IMG/VR virus record: IMGVR_UViG_3300045988_142509
Length of the DNA: 49,561 nucleotides
From: a virus
Direction: 5' to 3' (one strand)
Shown here: positions 45,027-49,561 of the stretch, in pieces
How the letters are laid out: the number at the start of each line of letters is the position of its first letter
How positions within the stretch are numbered: position 1 is the stretch's first letter
Made by a program: the position numbers and the translations under genes
The notes under the pieces: generated by a model
The model's database searches: none
Told to the model about the DNA's origin: nothing
Seen by the model: only the letters and a program-made list of their open reading frames with translations

Positions 45027-45535
45027 GTAATATTTCTATCGAACAAGCGTTGGAAGTTTTGGCAGAACATGCTTATATTCAAAGAAAATACAGGCATAAT
45101 GAACTTTTTCAAAGAAGAAATACTATGGTTGAACAGGTCGGTGTCGAGTACACAGCTATAGGCGGTGGACAGACTCCTGCTGTTGTACATATTCCTATTT
45201 CATATGATTTTATTTCTTTTTCACGTTGGGATTTTAAAATCATAATTTCTCCTAATGGTGATACACCGCCAAGCAAAATGCAGATGTTTATCGAGGGTAT
45301 AGATATTACACCTTATTTTAAGGCTCAATACCATGGTTGGTGGTGTAATGGATATGGAATGTTTCCAAATAGAAAAATGTCTAACTATGACGTACTAAAG
45401 GCTACTGAATTTATGTCTAAAAAAGAAGCGGACAAGATTTTAGATGCAGGATATAAGACGATTGAAATGTTTGGAGATAAACCATTTTCTATGACATTGG
45501 TACATAACATTAAATACAACCACTCAAACTTATGA
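45023..45535 (+). CDS. Tail / baseplate protein
   Basis: 170 aa, translationally coupled to the preceding gene. Confidence 0.4.
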   Translation: MSNISIEQALEVLAEHAYIQRKYRHNELFQRRNTMVEQVGVEYTAIGGGQTPAVVHIPISYDFISFSRWDFKIIISPNGDTPPSKMQMFIEGIDITPYFKAQYHGWWCNGYGMFPNRKMSNYDVLKATEFMSKKEADKILDAGYKTIEMFGDKPFSMTLVHNIKYNHSNL

Positions 45536-45747
45536 TTACAAAATATACGCCAAGTTTGGTTCGTATGGAAAAACATATGAAAGAACATCCGAACGACTAC
45601 CAAACTAAAATACAATATCTAATCACCCGAAGTAAGCATTGGGATAAAGAAAGAAAAATAAAACGTGATATGGAATGTAAAACAGTACATTACTATTTAG
45701 ATTTAGCGAAAAAGGAGAAGCAAAATGAAAAATATCCACTCAAGTGA
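45532..45747 (+). CDS. Hypothetical small protein
   Basis: 71 aa ORF. Confidence 0.35.
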   Translation: MITKYTPSLVRMEKHMKEHPNDYQTKIQYLITRSKHWDKERKIKRDMECKTVHYYLDLAKKEKQNEKYPLK

Positions 45748-46210
45748 CGGAATGGCAGAAGATTTGATTCGTTCTTTTACACAGATTGCAAGTGCTGAAT
45801 TGCACGTGAAAACTTTGCTAGAAAAGCGTATCTCTGAATTGGAAAATGGCATGGTAAAAGAAAACGATACCGAAGACCATATCAATGAAATTGATTCTTT
45901 GGAAGAAGAACTAGAAACATATGCAGATATCAGAAGAAAAGAAATGTTAAAACTTTATGAACTCTATGGAAACAATGGAGATAAGGAACAATGGTGCTTG
46001 GTAAAACATTTAAGCATGGCTATGTATACAGTGTTTGAATCATATCAAGCAAGCAATAAAGATGAAGAATTGCTTACTTTATACTTACGTATCAATAAGC
46101 AATTCATCAAAGTTTTAACTAAATTCTTGGGTGTAGAAATTACAGAATGTGCTTCTTGTTTTTCCGATATCTTAAAGGCAGGTGAAAGTAATGAAACCAA
46201 CAGTCTGTAA
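45725..46210 (+). CDS. Hypothetical tail-module protein
   Basis: 161 aa ORF. RBS AAGGAGAAG. Confidence 0.4.
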   Translation: MKNIHSSDGMAEDLIRSFTQIASAELHVKTLLEKRISELENGMVKENDTEDHINEIDSLEEELETYADIRRKEMLKLYELYGNNGDKEQWCLVKHLSMAMYTVFESYQASNKDEELLTLYLRINKQFIKVLTKFLGVEITECASCFSDILKAGESNETNSL

Positions 46211-48251
46211 TGATAAGTTAAAAGTTATTATCCCCGTTGATACAGAAGATTGTGAATTTTGGCTAGTACCTGTCAAAGATAAGGCAAGTATTACAAATAT
46301 GGATAGAAACCATGCTTGGATTACACCTGATAATGTCTTGTATGTCTTTGACGGAAAGGAACTAGTTAGTATCAACGACCCCAATACACTAAAAGTAAAG
46401 TGGGGTAATGTGGTAGGAAATATTGCAGAACAACATGACTTGTACGATATCCTTTTAAAAACAATTTGGGTTGTCAAACAAAACGGAAGTGCATTGGATT
46501 TTGACAGTGAAAATCATGCTGTAAATGTCAATGTTCCTATCATGACAATCAAAGTCAATGGTGTGAAACAGGACCCCAAAAACTACGAAGTCAACATTGA
46601 TTTAAGTGAGTACGCAAAAAAAAGTGAATTACCAAAGAAACTTAGTGAATTGACGAATGATACGAACTTTATAAGCCAAGAACAATTTGATTCTCAAATT
46701 CCTATAAAATCTATTTCCTATAATGGGAAGACGTTAACTCCCGATTCCAATAAAAATGTAGATATCAAGTTTAAACTTAGTGATTATATTTCTGCTCAAT
46801 TAAATCTAAAACGAGATGGAAAGATATATCAGACAGCTGTGTGGAACTATGACGTAAATCCAACTAGTCTAGGCGAAAAACTATCAAGTAATAAAAACTT
46901 GGTATGTGAACCGTGTACAGCCACTGTTGAAGGACGTGACGATTACGCAGACATCCCTTTATTCCAATGGTGGAATTGTAACTATGTAAGAGAGGATGAT
47001 GGTTTTGCAATTCCTACAGCTATGGAAGGTGATAGCAACTATGGAACTACAGGCAATAAAGACGTTGGTGTTCTAAGAATGACTTTTTGGTACTCTGTTG
47101 AACCATGTGAAAATGGCAACAAGACAGTGTTTACTATATCAGACAGTCCTCATGATGGACTACAGCCATGGGAACAAGCTGTGCGAAAAGATGGTACAGT
47201 CATGCCTTACTTTATCAACTCTAAATATATCAGTGGTATTGCTAGTGATGGAAAACTAAGAAGTCAGCCAAACTTACCGCCTAAAGACTTTATGTCGTAT
47301 AACAATATGCATGAACTGTACCAACAAAAAGGCAAAGGATATTATGGTGCAAGTATCAGAAAGTATAGTTTAGCTATCATTGATACAGTTATTAAATATG
47401 GTACAAAAAATACACAAAACTTGTTAGGTGCATGTTCCGCATACAATTGGCAATACGAATCAAGTATCAAGAGTTCCGATAAATTAGAACACAACGGCTT
47501 AGCTTACTTCCCACTTACAAATGAACAAGCTGAAAGCGTCGTTATCGGAAGTGGTGTATGTGTAGGATATACATCATACGGAGGTCGGAGCCGTGAACAT
47601 GACAGTATGCGTGCTTATGGAAATGGTAAGAGTGTAAAGGTATTGGATATCTTTACGATTGATGCCGATAACAAAGGAATCTTGCTTGATACAGCACCTT
47701 TCCAAACCGCAGACGTTGGAAGTGAAGAAGTGTACATGTCTAGCTACCTTTGGTTCAGTGGAAGTACAGATGAAGTCATTGGACATCATGACGGTGCTGT
47801 AGTTATTGACCAAAAACATCCAACTAGAATAAATGGTGTTGAATACTTTGTGGGTGGAGATGTTATCTCATCAGATTGCGTAATTACACTAGGTGATAAC
47901 AATCTAAAAACAGTGTATGTTGCCAATCGTGAAATAATCATGAGCGGTGACGATAGCTTTCAGTCGGAATTTGAAAGTACCTATCAAAGAGTCGGAAGCT
48001 TTACAGCAAGAACCGGATATGTCGGAGATGTAGCCTTTAACAAAGGTGTGCATTATATCACCAATACAGACGCAATGTCATCAACGGGATACGGAGACGT
48101 ATTTTCAGAAAATCAAACCGGCAATCCAGATTACGGAGTACGTGGTATGCTACTAGGTGGTGGATTTGCGAATAAGATTTTTCTTGGACTCGCTCGTTTG
48201 TCACTAATTGAGCTTTATGAAATATATTCTACTTTCCTTTCGTCCGACTAG
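46182..48251 (+). CDS. Large tail fibre / baseplate upper protein
   Basis: 689 aa ORF in the distal tail module. Confidence 0.45.
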   Translation: MKVMKPTVCNDKLKVIIPVDTEDCEFWLVPVKDKASITNMDRNHAWITPDNVLYVFDGKELVSINDPNTLKVKWGNVVGNIAEQHDLYDILLKTIWVVKQNGSALDFDSENHAVNVNVPIMTIKVNGVKQDPKNYEVNIDLSEYAKKSELPKKLSELTNDTNFISQEQFDSQIPIKSISYNGKTLTPDSNKNVDIKFKLSDYISAQLNLKRDGKIYQTAVWNYDVNPTSLGEKLSSNKNLVCEPCTATVEGRDDYADIPLFQWWNCNYVREDDGFAIPTAMEGDSNYGTTGNKDVGVLRMTFWYSVEPCENGNKTVFTISDSPHDGLQPWEQAVRKDGTVMPYFINSKYISGIASDGKLRSQPNLPPKDFMSYNNMHELYQQKGKGYYGASIRKYSLAIIDTVIKYGTKNTQNLLGACSAYNWQYESSIKSSDKLEHNGLAYFPLTNEQAESVVIGSGVCVGYTSYGGRSREHDSMRAYGNGKSVKVLDIFTIDADNKGILLDTAPFQTADVGSEEVYMSSYLWFSGSTDEVIGHHDGAVVIDQKHPTRINGVEYFVGGDVISSDCVITLGDNNLKTVYVANREIIMSGDDSFQSEFESTYQRVGSFTARTGYVGDVAFNKGVHYITNTDAMSSTGYGDVFSENQTGNPDYGVRGMLLGGGFANKIFLGLARLSLIELYEIYSTFLSSD

Positions 48252-48523
48252 ATATTCTGTAGGGAGTCAGTCGGATATGCATGAAAGATGGACATACGTA
48301 AATACTATGAATCCATAGACCGACAGAAACTACTTGTATGTCTCGAAAACGTATCGGCAACGAATTACTCATGCGGTTGATAGAAACGCCTATGAACACG
48401 TTTAAAACAAGCCTTATCAAGTAGTTGCTTACAATGGAATAACAATACATTCAGACTCCTATAAATTTCATACCAAATACAACATTAACGCTTTGACACA
48501 TAAAGATAGGAAGGTGATATCAA

Positions 48524-48958
48524 ATGAAAACATACAGCAATATGAAAATGCCATCTTATGATGTGCGATTGATTGATGATTATTACTATGTGTATCTGTA
48601 CTTGAATGAAAAAGAAGAAGAACAACCTGTTATGGATGTTTCTACTGAATCAGATGAAAAACATACAGTATACTCATACGATTATCACGAATTTAAGGAA
48701 CATAAAGACAATATTGATATTGAAGACTTGAAAGCACACCCGAACAATTATATCGAATACATCCCATTGGCAGACCGAGAAGAAATCAATCTTGCCTCGG
48801 ATAAGCTGAACTTGTTTGCGGAAGTCATTAATGTGGAAGACAAACCTACAGATGAAGAGGGAAATGTCGTTTCTTTGAAAGACGGATACAAATGGGTACA
48901 GAAATGTGTGTTTGTAAAAAATAAGCCTGTCATCCAATGGAAACAAGAAAAGGAGTGA
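48524..48958 (+). CDS. Hypothetical acidic protein (fibre chaperone or accessory?)
   Basis: 144 aa. RBS AGGAAGGTGA. Confidence 0.35.
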   Translation: MKTYSNMKMPSYDVRLIDDYYYVYLYLNEKEEEQPVMDVSTESDEKHTVYSYDYHEFKEHKDNIDIEDLKAHPNNYIEYIPLADREEINLASDKLNLFAEVINVEDKPTDEEGNVVSLKDGYKWVQKCVFVKNKPVIQWKQEKE

Positions 48959-48962
48959 TAAC

Positions 48963-49561
48963 ATGGCATGTGAAAAATATAAATCCTATCAGAAACCCGA
49001 AAATTTAAAACATAAGCTACATTTTACAGGTTCGTCTACTGTATCTTATGACGGGTCGAATGATGTTACTGTAAATATTCCAAGCAGTGGTGATGCCACT
49101 AATGGTTCGTTGCTGATTAAAGCAGACAGCAATGACTATATATCGTTTGACGGTGGTGAAAATAAGAGTGTTAACTTGCGTAGTGGTAGCAATGTAAGAA
49201 TTGATAAAGCTACTACAGGTGGTGAAAACTTGGATTTGACTATCAACGCAACAGATACGAAATATGATGTTGCTACACCAAGTAAATCCGGACTAATGTC
49301 TTCAACTGATAAAACTAAGTTGGACGGAATTGAAGCTGGTGCTAACAACTATACCTACACTCTTCCAACAGCAACAGCAACTACATTAGGTGGTGTTACT
49401 ATTGGAGATAACATCACTACAACAGGTTCTAAAATCAGCATTACAAAAGGAAACGTTACTAAAGCTTTAGGTTATACACCAAGTGCAACAGATACGAAAT
49501 ATGATGTTGCTACACCAAGTAAATCCGGACTAATGTCTTCAACTGATAAAACTAAGTTGGA
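48963..49561 (+). CDS. Tail fibre / receptor-binding protein, 5' portion (continues into 1-940)
   Basis: ATG 48963 after AAAGGAG. Frame is open to the window end and contiguous with base 2 onward when the 36-bp terminal overlap is merged. Confidence 0.6.
   Translation, partial: MACEKYKSYQKPENLKHKLHFTGSSTVSYDGSNDVTVNIPSSGDATNGSLLIKADSNDYISFDGGENKSVNLRSGSNVRIDKATTGGENLDLTINATDTKYDVATPSKSGLMSSTDKTKLDGIEAGANNYTYTLPTATATTLGGVTIGDNITTTGSKISITKGNVTKALGYTPSATDTKYDVATPSKSGLMSSTDKTKL
49251..49561. repeat. 237-bp tandem repeat in the tail-fibre gene. Copies start at 49251, 49488 (this one continues across the junction to base 199), 200 and 437; the last, at 437, is partial.
   Basis: Units are base-for-base identical. 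Window bases 1-36 equal 49526-49561. Confidence 0.85.

Overview
The window reads as a complete, circularly closed genome of a temperate tailed phage, about 49.5 kb, AT-rich, from a low-GC Gram-positive host. The two ends overlap by 36 bp inside a tandemly repeated tail-fibre gene (bases 1-36 = 49526-49561). Many proteins are Cys-rich, which hints at an anaerobic host. The order of modules is as follows. (1) 1-3351: tail-fibre 3' end, holin, membrane protein, and a CHAP-SH3b-SH3b-GH25 endolysin. (2) 3352-5225: an ORF-free 1.9-kb accessory region. It holds an inverted copy of the replication-origin iterons, then a strong extended -10 promoter driving a roughly 550-nt GC-enriched structured RNA (ROOL/GOLLD-class candidate), then further + strand terminators and a promoter-terminator mini-unit. 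(3) 5253-6460: tyrosine integrase and the attP core, a 3' fragment of a tRNA gene. (4) 6606-7475: two leftward XRE-type repressors, a divergent promoter/operator switch, and cro. (5) 7468-19378: early genes. These include an ERF annealase, an HNH-like protein, RusA, a replisome organizer carrying ori iterons inside its ORF, a duplicated two-module Cys-rich family, SSB, a MazG-like protein and a tandem RHH pair. (6) 19380-20715: a 1.3-kb ORF-free region packed with repeat arrays (CAATAG-CCCCCT iterons, a TTAGCATGC array, phased A-tracts). (7) 20776-23262: unknown genes. (8) 23389-49561 wrapping to 940: TerS, TerL, portal, a protease-scaffold fusion, capsid, head-tail proteins, a tail chaperone with a -1 frameshift, a 1573-aa tape measure, baseplate/Tal proteins and a tail fibre with tandem repeats. 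All product calls are motif-level readings of the translations; no database search was possible.
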